Below, in pieces: positions 51,479-61,728 of a stretch of DNA of 64,000 nucleotides. The position numbers were made by a program, and so were the translations under genes. The notes under the pieces are model-generated. The model saw nothing but the letters and a program-made list of their open reading frames with translations, made no database searches and had not been told where the DNA came from. This DNA comes from Promethearchaeota archaeon (GTDB taxonomy: Archaea; Asgardarchaeota; Lokiarchaeia; Sigyniarchaeales; SOKP01): positions 1-64,000 of the forward strand of contig JALGVJ010000024.1 in NCBI GenBank assembly GCA_029838195.1, in the 5' to 3' direction. Every line of letters starts with the position of its first letter. The first letter of the stretch is position 1.

Positions 51479-51958
51479 ATGGACAATTTAAAAGAAAAAT
51501 TAAATAATATTATCTTAATTCCATGTTCTGGTTCCGAATATCATGGAGAGCTGGCACGCCAAGTAGCCATTCAATTAGCAGAAAATAGTATAATTTCACC
51601 CATTTCATCGATGACGTGCTCAACAATTTTCCTCAAAAACGTGCTATTAGGCAAGGAGGCACTAGTTGAGATTTCAAAAAATCACTTAAAAAATTCGTAT
51701 GTAATCATCATTAATGGCTGTAATACAAAATGTGCGAGTAAAATTTATGAACACCTTGGAATTATCCCAGATTTAACTATTTCTGTACAATATCTCATTC
51801 CAAAACAGCGTATTGATCTTACCGATCTAAATACCTTTAAGTTAATGAATAAAATAAGTAATGTCAAGCAAGAAGATATCGAAAAAGTCAAACAACACGT
51901 TCTAAATAAATTGAAAGAAGCTGGACTTAATCTTGAAGAGTTAGAAATAGTCGAATAA
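51479..51958 (+). CDS. DGC-domain protein
   Basis: IPCSG, TCS, INGCNTKCA. Confidence 0.82.
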   Translation: MDNLKEKLNNIILIPCSGSEYHGELARQVAIQLAENSIISPISSMTCSTIFLKNVLLGKEALVEISKNHLKNSYVIIINGCNTKCASKIYEHLGIIPDLTISVQYLIPKQRIDLTDLNTFKLMNKISNVKQEDIEKVKQHVLNKLKEAGLNLEELEIVE

Positions 51959-52150
51959 AAATTAATAATTTTTAATAGATATCTCCCTTTTTCCTTTTCT
52001 TTTTTATTAGATCAATCGTTCTGACCCTCTTGAAACATGCAATTCTTTTATAAAATATGTTAATAATTATCGGTTAAAATATTTTGATATTTAAAATTCA
52101 ATGCTGAGCACTCTTAAATTAGAAGCAAAAAAAAATAATGGAAAAAAAAA

Positions 52151-53182
52151 TTATAGTTCTCCTAAATATAATCCATAAAAAATACCGGATAATACAGAAA
52201 AGAGAAAAAATATTGCCGTATATAAAGCAACACCTTTCCACCTGAAGAATTTACTGTTCGGAAACATTGAAACCACATCATAGGGCTGCCCCATCATGAA
52301 AGAAAGCGCCGTAGATCTTGACATCCCTTTATTTAATAATTCCTTGGTTAAAATGATTTCTACTAGTGTCGGAGTATAAAGAGGTCCGCCAACTGTTGCT
52401 CCTATGAGTATTCCAATATATCCCGTTAAATATATAGAAATAAGTTCATCTGGAAGATAAGCTGCGAGGAAACTAACGATGGCCAAACCTATTAATAAAT
52501 AAGGAAGAATTATTTTTACCATCTGCCAAGTATATTGATACCAATAGTAGACTTTCTCGTGAATGTCTTGTTCTTGAGTTAATTGTTCTGCTTTACCGAT
52601 CCTAACGTTTTCATATTGTTTCTCAATTTCCCTTGCTACTTTAGTTTTAGAAAATAACATTCCACAGATAATTGCAGCTATTGCTGAAAATACAAACCGT
52701 AAAAGCACGAGATCCCAACCAATATAATCACCGGTAATCCATAATGTAAGAAAATTTGCCGCAGGAGCCATTAATAAAAACGTCATTGCCACTCCAATCC
52801 CTGCTCCTGCCATTAACAAACCGGCATAAACAGGAATCACCGAACAACTACAAGTTATGAAAACGGGCGCTAATAAAATAGCAAAAATATAATTTCTATT
52901 TCTTCCACCGCCAAGATATTTAATGATTGTCTCTTGAGAAATGAACACTTGAATAACACCCGACATTAAAAAAGCAAATGTTAAACTAACACCAGCATGC
53001 AAAAAATAATCATAGATATACATTATAGGCACTAGATACCATTGAAATTGAGAATAGTCAACTCCTTTTTCCGGTACAGTCGAAATGACAAGCTGAATCT
53101 TTCCCCATACCAACCACCCTAATATGACTACAAAAAAAGTAATTCCAGCTATCGTACGAATTTTTATTTTTAATTCTGTCAA
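52151..53182 (-). CDS. DUF318/ArsP-like permease
   Basis: TCSCSVIP, FLLMAP, GGPLY. Confidence 0.85.
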   Translation of the reverse strand: MTELKIKIRTIAGITFFVVILGWLVWGKIQLVISTVPEKGVDYSQFQWYLVPIMYIYDYFLHAGVSLTFAFLMSGVIQVFISQETIIKYLGGGRNRNYIFAILLAPVFITCSCSVIPVYAGLLMAGAGIGVAMTFLLMAPAANFLTLWITGDYIGWDLVLLRFVFSAIAAIICGMLFSKTKVAREIEKQYENVRIGKAEQLTQEQDIHEKVYYWYQYTWQMVKIILPYLLIGLAIVSFLAAYLPDELISIYLTGYIGILIGATVGGPLYTPTLVEIILTKELLNKGMSRSTALSFMMGQPYDVVSMFPNSKFFRWKGVALYTAIFFLFSVLSGIFYGLYLGEL

Positions 53183-53197
53183 TTTGGCCTCCTCCTG

Positions 53198-53509
53198 TTA
53201 TTTGGCCATTTCCATGACTTTTTTCAAGCCATCCTCTAATTTTTTTTTCGTGGGTACGTGTCCTTGCGAAATTACTATATCATTTGCGATTACCGCGGGA
53301 CCCTGTAAAATTCCATATTTTTCCACGACTTCTTTTGATTTAATATCTAAATGTGAGTATTCAATGTCTCCCAGTGTTTTTCCCATTTTTTCAATGGTCG
53401 CTTCAAGGTTTTTTCTGGTTTTCTTGCATTTAGTACATGGATTAGGTGGTCCTAAAGTATAAATTTTTAATTTTTTAGTAATATTTATTCCCCCCATTTC
53501 TATTTTCAT
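53198..53509 (-). CDS. small redox-active disulfide (thioredoxin-like) protein
   Basis: CTKC, YGILQGPAV, GHVP. Confidence 0.82.
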   Translation of the reverse strand: MKIEMGGINITKKLKIYTLGPPNPCTKCKKTRKNLEATIEKMGKTLGDIEYSHLDIKSKEVVEKYGILQGPAVIANDIVISQGHVPTKKKLEDGLKKVMEMAK

Positions 53510-53648
53510 TATTGTTTTATTTAAAATTCGAAATATATTTTAAAAAGGGTGATTAATAATTGTAAAAATCCACCTTTATTAATTTTTATGAAAAAGGCTT
53601 CTTAAACTGATCTGATCTTCAAAGTGCCTTTCCACATGAAAAAAAATA

Positions 53649-53823
53649 AAGTTTCCACTCACTCACCTTTAACCCCATTTCAATTCTCACGTTTTTTAAA
53701 CCGCGAACCTTGATCCCCCAAATTATAATTTCCTTGAAAATTTCCGAAAAAGGCTTCAATTTTAGAACGTATGCGCAATTTTTTCTTCACATCATGCTTT
53801 TTTTTGAACGCTTTCCAGTCTCC
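53649..53823 (-). mobile_element. degenerate DDE transposase C-terminal fragment
   Basis: Frameshifted translation ...LRIRSKIEAFFG / FKE..WGIKVRGLKNVRIEMGL matches the R..IE..FG..K...RGL..V..E signature. Confidence 0.55.
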
Positions 53824-53935
53824 TCTTTAAATTTATTACGAAATGTAACTTTTTTAGAAATAAATCTTTTCCGTTGAAACTTCTTTTGCTTGATTTTAAG
53901 TTTTCTAACGGTAATATACATGGAAATTCATTATT

Positions 53936-54544
53936 TTATTCAAATTTAAGTGGGCCATTATAATACTTGCTTGCCGGGCATCCTAAGCATTCTTTTTGGA
54001 TAAAAGCTTTACAAAATTTACAACACGTTTCACAAGGTGTTCGTTCATTTTTTTGATTTATCAACAAGGAAAATTTTAAGGGAAGATAAAGATCTTCTTC
54101 GAGTTCTCCTAAAATTAATATGTTTGATTTTCGCACTCCTTTTTGGTTATAAAGCATGCAAGAATGAAGGATCGTTTCTAAACTTTTTAAATCTTCGGCA
54201 TAAAATAATAAAAAATAATTATATTGCCCTATGATGTTAAAAAAATAGATTGTTCTTGGGCATTTTAAATAGATTGGCTTTAGTTTTTCTATACCTTCTT
54301 GATCTAATTCTAATAATAATATTCCTAATTTAAAATTTAATTTTGAAAAATTTAGCAATATTTGGGGTTTTATGAGACTATTTTTCAATAATTTTTCAAA
54401 GCGATTTTTAATGGCTACATGAGACATTCCTAATTCTTTACCGATTTTAGAATAATTTATTTTATTTTCTTTTTGAATAAAATTTAAAATTTTTAGATCT
54501 AACTTATCTAGGCGCGAATTTTCTCTCATGCGTTGTTTCCTCAT
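53936..54544 (-). CDS. Lrp/AsnC regulator with Cys-rich C-terminus
   Basis: LDKLDLKIL HTH; CPR; PCETCCKFC...CLGCPA. Confidence 0.88.
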   Translation of the reverse strand: MRKQRMRENSRLDKLDLKILNFIQKENKINYSKIGKELGMSHVAIKNRFEKLLKNSLIKPQILLNFSKLNFKLGILLLELDQEGIEKLKPIYLKCPRTIYFFNIIGQYNYFLLFYAEDLKSLETILHSCMLYNQKGVRKSNILILGELEEDLYLPLKFSLLINQKNERTPCETCCKFCKAFIQKECLGCPASKYYNGPLKFE

Positions 54545-54727
54545 CTTTTAAACATTCTAATTTATTTTAAATTCTTTTAGTTAAAGTAACAAATTGTAAC
54601 ACTAAAATAAAACTTAATGAGTTTGTTTTAAATCTTTAATATCTTTCTTTAGAACCTTTTCGTTAAAAATATTTTGATTTAAGGAGACATCAACATTCTT
54701 GTTGTTCATTTCCGAAAGATGCAAGCG

Positions 54728-55048
54728 TTAATTCTCTTTATCTTTATTGGCATCATTTATTAGAGATTTAAGAATTTCATTGAGAAATTCATGAGCCAAA
54801 TCTATATTAGGAGTATTTGTTACACCAATCTTTTTAGTAGGAAATAAAGTAACATTTCGATTGAACATCCTTAAAGTAATTTTATTTTCATCTTGCAAAT
54901 AATTTACTTTCCCTGATGGAGTTTGCACGAATATTAAAGGTAATACATCATCAAGTTTATTGTATGCTTGCGCAACTTACCTAATATATCTTGGGGTTGT
55001 TAAAAATCGTAATAACTCTTTGATTTCAAAATTAGTAATTAAATCTGA
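54728..55048 (-). pseudogene. pseudogene paralog of the gene at 63733
   Basis: NFEIKELLRFLTTPRYIR*VAQAYNKLDDV...; in-frame TAA at 54977-54979 and the Cys is lost. Confidence 0.8.
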
Positions 55049-55200
55049 ACGAATTACTATTTTAATAAAATATCTTTAATTTCAACCTCTAAAAATCTAT
55101 GAACCTTAGAAAACGTAATCATTATCATTCTTTTGGTGATAGATTGTTGGACTGATTATAAAAATATTAACGAAATTAGTTTATTACTCGTTCTTATAAA

Positions 55201-56106
55201 TTAATTTTTCTTCCTAATACCGATTTCTTCTTGTTTGTTTTGGTTTTCCTTGAATTTTATGCTAGATTCATTAGAATTTCTTACCAAAATCCTATGAAAT
55301 CCCACGGCAGTTATTGATTGGAATGTAAATCCTATCGCAATCGATAAAGCTACTATGGGTCCAAATGATATCATTGCTATTCCTAACGCAATAGGTAAAT
55401 TTTTCATTCCTGAAGAATAAGCTAAAGCAATATTCCTTTTCCTATCAAAAATCTTAATACTTATTAGATACGCTACAGCAAATAAAATCGGGAATAGTGC
55501 TACAATTGGGAAAATTATAACAGCTAATAAATTCATGTTTTTTAATAAAACCAACATTGCATTATTAACTGATATAAACATCAAAAATACAGCGCATATT
55601 CCTGAACTTGCTGGGCTTATGGGTTGCCATTTTTTAACGTTTTTATTTTTCTGTTCCAAAATTTCCCTACAAAAAATACCAACAAGAAGAGGAATTAAAA
55701 TTGTATAAATTAATTGTAAAAACATGTCAAGGATATTAATTTGTACATGATTTCCGGCTAATAATATCATCAATAAAGGAATAAGAAGGGGTGCTAGTAT
55801 CATTGTTCCAATATTTATTGCTGCAGCAAGAGGAATATGGCCATTTAAAAGCCCTGTCCATACTAGCGCCATTCCCGCACACGGAACAACCCCTATTAAG
55901 ATAATCCCAACAGCAATATCTGATTCTGGAATGGATAAGGATAAAAAATAGCATATCAAGGGTGCTAAAATTAAATTTAATATTATCCCTATACCAAAAC
56001 CTTTTCTTTCTTTAAATGCAACCATAAAACTCTTGAAAGTCATAGTAAACCCCATAAAAGCAATCATTATTATCATAAAAATGGTTGTATAGGGTTTCAA
56101 TAACAT
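55201..56106 (-). CDS. Acr3/bile acid:Na+ symporter family protein, N-terminus decayed
   Basis: PCAGMALVWTGL, MKNLPIAL. The upstream frame continues SSLAIAIIVGIF but is cut by TAA. Confidence 0.7.
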   Translation of the reverse strand: MLLKPYTTIFMIIMIAFMGFTMTFKSFMVAFKERKGFGIGIILNLILAPLICYFLSLSIPESDIAVGIILIGVVPCAGMALVWTGLLNGHIPLAAAINIGTMILAPLLIPLLMILLAGNHVQINILDMFLQLIYTILIPLLVGIFCREILEQKNKNVKKWQPISPASSGICAVFLMFISVNNAMLVLLKNMNLLAVIIFPIVALFPILFAVAYLISIKIFDRKRNIALAYSSGMKNLPIALGIAMISFGPIVALSIAIGFTFQSITAVGFHRILVRNSNESSIKFKENQNKQEEIGIRKKN

Positions 56107-56369
56107 TCCGATGATTGATGTAAAAATACCAACAATTATCGCGATTGCTAATGAACTTTAAAATATTTGGAAGCTTCTATTATTATACAAATTATCTTTA
56201 TATTTCTCTTTAAATTCTTGGACTCAAATTAGTCCACGATCATATTTCAAACGAATCGTCTTTCTTGATTAAATTATTAGGATCAAGAACTCGCCGGATT
56301 AAATTTTTTATTATGTGTTTCATCATTTCAACAAGTTATTTTTATTAATTCTTTCATTGATCTTGCACC

Positions 56370-56912
56370 TTAATCAAGTTTTTTGATTAATTTATGAAGT
56401 TCAAGAATACGCAATGCTAATCTTTCTGTTGCTTCAATTGCTTCAAAATCTGTTTTAATCTCGTTTACTTTAAAAGCTATTCCATTTACTCCTCTATTTG
56501 CCGGAATAATTTCGTGCTTAAGGAAAAATGCATGGATTGCCGTTATAGCATTCTCAGCGCCATATTTCCGCCCTACTACTATTGCTCCTCCAATTTTATT
56601 TTTTAATTTTCCTTTAATGGACCATGTCCTATCTATAAATGCTTTTAATTGAGCGGTTATGTTATTAAAAAAAACAGGGCTTCCCAAAACCATACCTTCA
56701 CATTCCAAAAGTAATGGTATAAGGATTTCTGTCATATCATCATTTATAGTGCATTTAGCTGTTTTAAGGCATGTCCAACAAGCATTACAAGGATGAATAT
56801 TATAATCGATTATTTTTATGAAACGTCCTCCCGTAATGGATAAAGCTAAGCCTAACAAATAATCCGTGTTGCTTCTTTTTCTTGGACTTCCTGAAATGTA
56901 AAGAATGTTCAT
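56370..56912 (-). CDS. flavodoxin-like iron-sulfur flavoprotein / NADPH-dependent FMN reductase
   Basis: GSPRKRSNT, CNACWTC..C, GSPVFF, KAFIDR. Confidence 0.88.
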   Translation of the reverse strand: MNILYISGSPRKRSNTDYLLGLALSITGGRFIKIIDYNIHPCNACWTCLKTAKCTINDDMTEILIPLLLECEGMVLGSPVFFNNITAQLKAFIDRTWSIKGKLKNKIGGAIVVGRKYGAENAITAIHAFFLKHEIIPANRGVNGIAFKVNEIKTDFEAIEATERLALRILELHKLIKKLD

Positions 56913-56937
56913 GTTAATTTTTTTTTAAATTTCATAA

Positions 56938-57549
56938 TTATTCTTGAGCTTTAAAGGGCCCTATGTAATGTTTCGAGGCAGGGCAACCTATACACTGTTT
57001 GATTTTAAATTTTTCGCAATCTTTACAGCAAATTCCGCAAGGAGCGTTCTCAGAATTTATATAAAATGTATTATGTTTTAGTGGAAAGAAGAGAGGTTTA
57101 TTTACATTTCCAATGAGTAGTAAATTTGATTTTCTGATTCCCTTTAGATTATAGAGCATGCAAGAATTTAAAATTGTTTCGAATGTATGTTGATCTTCAC
57201 CATAGAATAAAACAGCAAGATTATATTTTCCCATAATATTAAAGGAATAAAGAACTCTCGGGCATTTATCATAAATAGATAATATTTTATCTATCTCCTG
57301 ATATTCCAATTCTAACAATAATAGTCCTAATTTCATGTTAAATTTACTGAAATTAAATTCTGCCCGTACTTTAATTATATTCTTATTTATTAAATTCTCA
57401 ATCCTTTTTTTTATTGAAACATGTGTTAGCCCTAAATGTCGAGCGATTTTTGAATAGCTTGTTCTTCCATCTTTAGTCAATGTATCTAAGATATAGAAAT
57501 TAATCCTATCATTTTTTAAATCTTTAAATTTTCTCTCTTTTTCTTTCAT
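56938..57549 (-). CDS. Lrp/AsnC regulator with Cys-rich C-terminus
   Basis: DGRTSYSKIA; CPR; PCGICCKDC...CIGCPA. Confidence 0.88.
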   Translation of the reverse strand: MKEKERKFKDLKNDRINFYILDTLTKDGRTSYSKIARHLGLTHVSIKKRIENLINKNIIKVRAEFNFSKFNMKLGLLLLELEYQEIDKILSIYDKCPRVLYSFNIMGKYNLAVLFYGEDQHTFETILNSCMLYNLKGIRKSNLLLIGNVNKPLFFPLKHNTFYINSENAPCGICCKDCEKFKIKQCIGCPASKHYIGPFKAQE

Positions 57550-58332
57550 TCAGTTACATGATATTAATATTATTATTAAAATTTTAGCAATTTGTGATTA
57601 AAAAATCTACAATCTGTAACCAAACCATCAAAACCATCAAATCCCTAAATACTCAGCCTAAATACCACAAATTAGACGAACTTTATTACAATATGTGGAT
57701 AAATCAATGAAAAAAATAATTAAAAGGAAATAATGAAAAATATGTTCCTGTCTGCTATGATAAACATAATTTAGAACATGGTTATAATTCGGATATTGAT
57801 GATAAAATGATCCTCTTTAAAGAGAGGTAAGACAAATGTACTAAAAATCATGTGCGGTCGTGTTTAACTTAAGAGCCCGTATTTCCCTATATAATATGTT
57901 AGTATTTATAAATTCACTAAAGAAATTACCATGCATGTGGAAAAGATCTTAAAAAAATATAATATTCCTTGTGTTTCCCCCGCATGTTCTTTTTTTTGTT
58001 CTTGATAATAGATATAGATCTGATTTAAAACGAGAAAAAATAACGGAAAAAAAATATTTCTTGAATAATTTTTTAATGGTGAGAAAGTAGATCCTTTTAT
58101 CACTTCGTAAGGAGCAGTATTTACATTTTAGAAAGCGCTTGAAGGAAAAAGTTCCTAAAGAAAAGAAGTGATAGTTTTCTTTGAATAAACTTTATTAAAA
58201 GCAAGGGATGAAAGTATTGTTTCAATGAAATATGATATTCAATTTTACGTTGAAATTTTAATCATTCTTCTTACTATTTTTAAAAAGGTAAATCATCATG
58301 AAAAACAAGCATGTTTTTTATTCAGCCTATTT

Positions 58333-58731
58333 TCATATCAAAGAGAGTTGTTCATTGATAAAATTAAGAAGTTCTTTAAAATTTTCCCTAATTAGTTCAT
58401 AATGCGTGAAATATCCTCGCTTTATACCCCGGATTAATCCTGATTTTTCAAGAAGTTTTAGATGATGGGAAATGGATGATTGAGATTTATCTAATATTGC
58501 TTCCAATTCACAGACGCAAAAATCCTTTTGATTTAATATCTTTATTATTTTCAATCGGGTATCATTCCCTAAAATATTAAAAAATTCAGCTAATTCTTTT
58601 AGGATTTTATTTTTATCCAGCTCTTTTCCCTTTTGATGTAATTGTTCAAAATAATCCATTAAATCCTCATTCTTTAAATCCACGCACATTTTAAGACTAT
58701 CAATTATTTCCAATTTCCTTTCTTGTTTCAT
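58333..58731 (-). CDS. arsR: ArsR/SmtB family regulator
   Basis: LGNDTRLKI, FCVCEL, SQSSISHHL; divergent from acr3. Confidence 0.9.
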   Translation of the reverse strand: MKQERKLEIIDSLKMCVDLKNEDLMDYFEQLHQKGKELDKNKILKELAEFFNILGNDTRLKIIKILNQKDFCVCELEAILDKSQSSISHHLKLLEKSGLIRGIKRGYFTHYELIRENFKELLNFINEQLSLI

Positions 58732-58790
58732 TTCTAAATTTATTAAGTCTTTTTCTTATTCATATATTATTGTTATAAGAATAAAAAATT

Positions 58791-58856
58791 ATCTGAATCG
58801 AAGAATACGAATTCGGACCGAGGAATGTGGATCTGAATCGAAGAGTATAAATCTGA
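58791..58856. repeat. degenerate 20-bp-period direct repeats in the arsR-acr3 intergenic region
   Basis: ATCTGAATCGAAGA at 58791 and 58831, with degenerate units at 58811 and 58851. Confidence 0.6.
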
Positions 58857-58903
58857 TCTAATATTCCAATCAAATAAAACCATTAAAAAAATTTGATTTA
58901 AAA

Positions 58904-60013
58904 ATGAAAGAACAAGAAATTGAAGTGAGAAAAGTGCAAGAGTCCAAGAAACATGAGGATGGAGAGGGGTTAGGGATCTTTGAAAAATTTTTGCCTGCTT
59001 GGATTGCCATTTGTATTTTTATCGGCATCTTGATGTCTCAATTCATCCCTGGTTTAAGTGAAGCGATCGATTCTTGGCAAGTGAGAGGAATTTCCATTCC
59101 CATTGGCATCTGCCTGTTCTTGATGATGTATCCCGCCATGCTAAACTTACAAGCTTCTGAATTGAAAAAATTAAGAAAAGATCCAAAACCAATCATTCTA
59201 ACCCTCTTTTCTAATTGGATAGTTGCTCCTCTTGTTGGGGTTTGGATGGCCATTACTTTCGTTGGCAATAATCCTCAACTCGTCTTAGCAGTAATCCTTT
59301 TGAATGCTAGTCCATGTACTGCAATGGTTTTGGTCTGGGGCTGGTTAGCAAAAGGACATCAGGAACAGAACGTCATTACCACGAGTTTGAACACGGTATC
59401 AATCATTTTCTTTTACATTCCGGTGGTTTATCTTTTAGTAAGCATTGCAAACATAACCTTAGAGAAAAAAATACCTCTCGATATCTTGACGCTTTTAATT
59501 TCTTTAGTCGTGTTTATTGGGTTGCCTCTTTTTTTAGGAGTCGTGAGTAAAAAAACGCTCATTAATTCGAAAGGAGAGGATTGGTTTAACAATAAATATC
59601 GTCCAACGGTCTCTAAAATTGCTATTATCGCTCTCTTAATGACCTTGATCATATTATTTTCTTTAAACGGAGAAGTTCTCATTGCTCATCCTGATTTGTT
59701 GGTGCAAGTATCCATACCTCTCTTAATTGGATTCGCAATCGTCGTTGGATATAATATTTTAATAACAAAATTAGCAAAATTGGATTACAAGCACGCCATA
59801 ATCACGATTATAATCGGGTCATCAAGTCATTTTGAAATAGCTATTGCTGTAGCGGTTGCAATGCACGGAATTGGTTCTGTGGCGGCATTGGGAACAACTA
59901 TGGGGCTCTTCTGGGAAGTACCCATAATGCTTTCCTTGGTATATCTCGGTAGATTCTTAGGTAAAAAAGGGTTTTGGAAAGGATACGTGGATACGATTTC
60001 AAAATATAAATAA
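58904..60013 (+). CDS. acr3: Acr3 arsenite efflux transporter
   Basis: MMYPAM, NWIVAP, SPCTAMVLVW, SSHFEIAIAVA, EVPIML. Confidence 0.93.
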   Translation: MKEQEIEVRKVQESKKHEDGEGLGIFEKFLPAWIAICIFIGILMSQFIPGLSEAIDSWQVRGISIPIGICLFLMMYPAMLNLQASELKKLRKDPKPIILTLFSNWIVAPLVGVWMAITFVGNNPQLVLAVILLNASPCTAMVLVWGWLAKGHQEQNVITTSLNTVSIIFFYIPVVYLLVSIANITLEKKIPLDILTLLISLVVFIGLPLFLGVVSKKTLINSKGEDWFNNKYRPTVSKIAIIALLMTLIILFSLNGEVLIAHPDLLVQVSIPLLIGFAIVVGYNILITKLAKLDYKHAIITIIIGSSSHFEIAIAVAVAMHGIGSVAALGTTMGLFWEVPIMLSLVYLGRFLGKKGFWKGYVDTISKYK

Positions 60014-60193
60014 ATCGATTTTTTAATTTTTTTTTAAGGATTATTTTTTTCTTAGAATGAAGGGTGAAAATAAACACTACTAATAAATAATAATAAATAG
60101 AAAATTATAGGGAAAAATCATGAAAAAAAATTAAATTAACTATTTTTACACCTGATCCAGAAAAAAATACTTTCTAAAGGCAAAGAGAATGTC

Positions 60194-60466
60194 GTGGAAA
60201 TAGATGCTGAAGGTTCTATTATAGATGTTTTAATTAAAATCGATAAAAATATGATGGAGAATCATGAAAAATCAATTTTTTCTCTATATAAAGGCTTAAT
60301 ACATTGTTATTTACAGCTGATTTGGGATGTTGAAGAAAATAAAATATATGAGGATTATGGCGTTGATGCGTACGGGTCTAATAAAAAATTCATTCCACTA
60401 AGAGAAGATGTGAATTATCCTCTTTCTCATCATTCTGAAATAACCATTACCGTACATGCGGATTGA
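60194..60466 (+). CDS. hypothetical protein, 5' end probably frameshifted (ATG at 60120)
   Basis: 90-aa ORF; upstream MKK-IKLTIF reads only across shifts in homopolymer runs. Confidence 0.45.
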   Translation: MEIDAEGSIIDVLIKIDKNMMENHEKSIFSLYKGLIHCYLQLIWDVEENKIYEDYGVDAYGSNKKFIPLREDVNYPLSHHSEITITVHAD

Positions 60467-60725
60467 TGAGCAGACAACATGAAAAAATGATTGGATTTTG
60501 GAACCTTTAAGCGATTCCTTAGAACCAAATTCGGAAAAGCTGACGAGAGATTTAAACCTTGTTTTGAATTGAAACGAACATAATTGAAATAATGGGACGA
60601 GCTCTTTCAATAAACCTTAGTGAAAGAAGGACAATGGGATTGCATTCCTTGAAAATTTATTCAAAGAATCCTTAAAAAGTATTAGTATCTTTAGCAAATT
60701 AGCATCATTACTAACAAAATTGATT

Positions 60726-61115
60726 TTAATTAAGGAATTTCTCTTTTAGCAGATTCAATCGCTTTTCTAATTCTTCTTTATTTAAGACATAAAATGCAAA
60801 CTTTCCTTTTTTCCAAGCTCGAATTAAATTAGCTTTTTCTAAGATTCTCAAATGATGAGAGATAGTTGGCTGGGCTTTATTTAATATTACTGCAAGTTCA
60901 CATACACAATATTCATCATCTATTAAAAGTTCTAAAAGATGAACCCGTGTTTTATTTCCTAACACATTACAAAAGGTCCATAATGGATTATTTTCCTCTA
61001 AATTTGATAATAATTTTCGTTTATTTTTTAATTCTTTATATCGGGTCCTCCCATCATTAATATTTCTACAAGCACTTAAAGAAATAATTAAATCGTCAAA
61101 TTTTTTATTTTTCAT
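60726..61115 (-). CDS. arsR: ArsR/SmtB family regulator
   Basis: LGNKTRV, YCVCEL, QPTISHHL. Confidence 0.88.
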   Translation of the reverse strand: MKNKKFDDLIISLSACRNINDGRTRYKELKNKRKLLSNLEENNPLWTFCNVLGNKTRVHLLELLIDDEYCVCELAVILNKAQPTISHHLRILEKANLIRAWKKGKFAFYVLNKEELEKRLNLLKEKFLN

Positions 61116-61314
61116 TTTTAAATACCATTCTGTTTATGTTAATATATTTTTAAAAGTTGTTAATAAATAAAAATTTTTGTTGCAATCGATAATTTTTTTT
61201 TCAAATCCAAATATTTTTATTTGACTAAAAATTCTTCATGATTATAAAAATTACTTTTAACTTTTAATATATTTTTAAGAGATTTAAAAATTATAAATTT
61301 AAAAGGCAAAAAAG

Positions 61315-61725
61315 ATGGAAAATGGAAACCATACAAAAAACGTTCCTGAAAATGCACTTTTTTGTTGTTTTGGTTGCATGTCAAGTGTTGGCACTCTTAC
61401 AGGAGTGGCCATGCTTGAGGCTTATAAGAGGTTGGATCACGATAAAAATGGTCTTTTTTGTACTTCTGCTATTGCTATAGGTGTGCCAAAGCATAAAGCT
61501 ACGACGGAGAAAGCTAAGAATATTATTGTTATCGATGGATGTTATAATCGATGTGCCAAGCGAATTCTCGAAAACAATGGTTTTAAAGTAGATCGGTATC
61601 TAAATTTATTCAAAAACTTAAAAATTGAAAAGAGAGGCCCATTTAAACCATTTGAATACACTCAAGAAGAGTTTGAGAGTGCAGTTAATGCAATAATTAA
61701 AATATGTATTGAAGAGGTGAATTAA
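61315..61725 (+). CDS. DGC-domain protein
   Basis: FCCFGCMS, FC, IDGCYNRCA. Confidence 0.85.
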   Translation: MENGNHTKNVPENALFCCFGCMSSVGTLTGVAMLEAYKRLDHDKNGLFCTSAIAIGVPKHKATTEKAKNIIVIDGCYNRCAKRILENNGFKVDRYLNLFKNLKIEKRGPFKPFEYTQEEFESAVNAIIKICIEEVN

Positions 61726-61728
61726 ATA

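Noticed and set aside
56107-56260. Intron explaining the missing N-terminus of the Acr3-like gene
   Set aside because: Simple in-frame stops, no BHB; consistent with decay.
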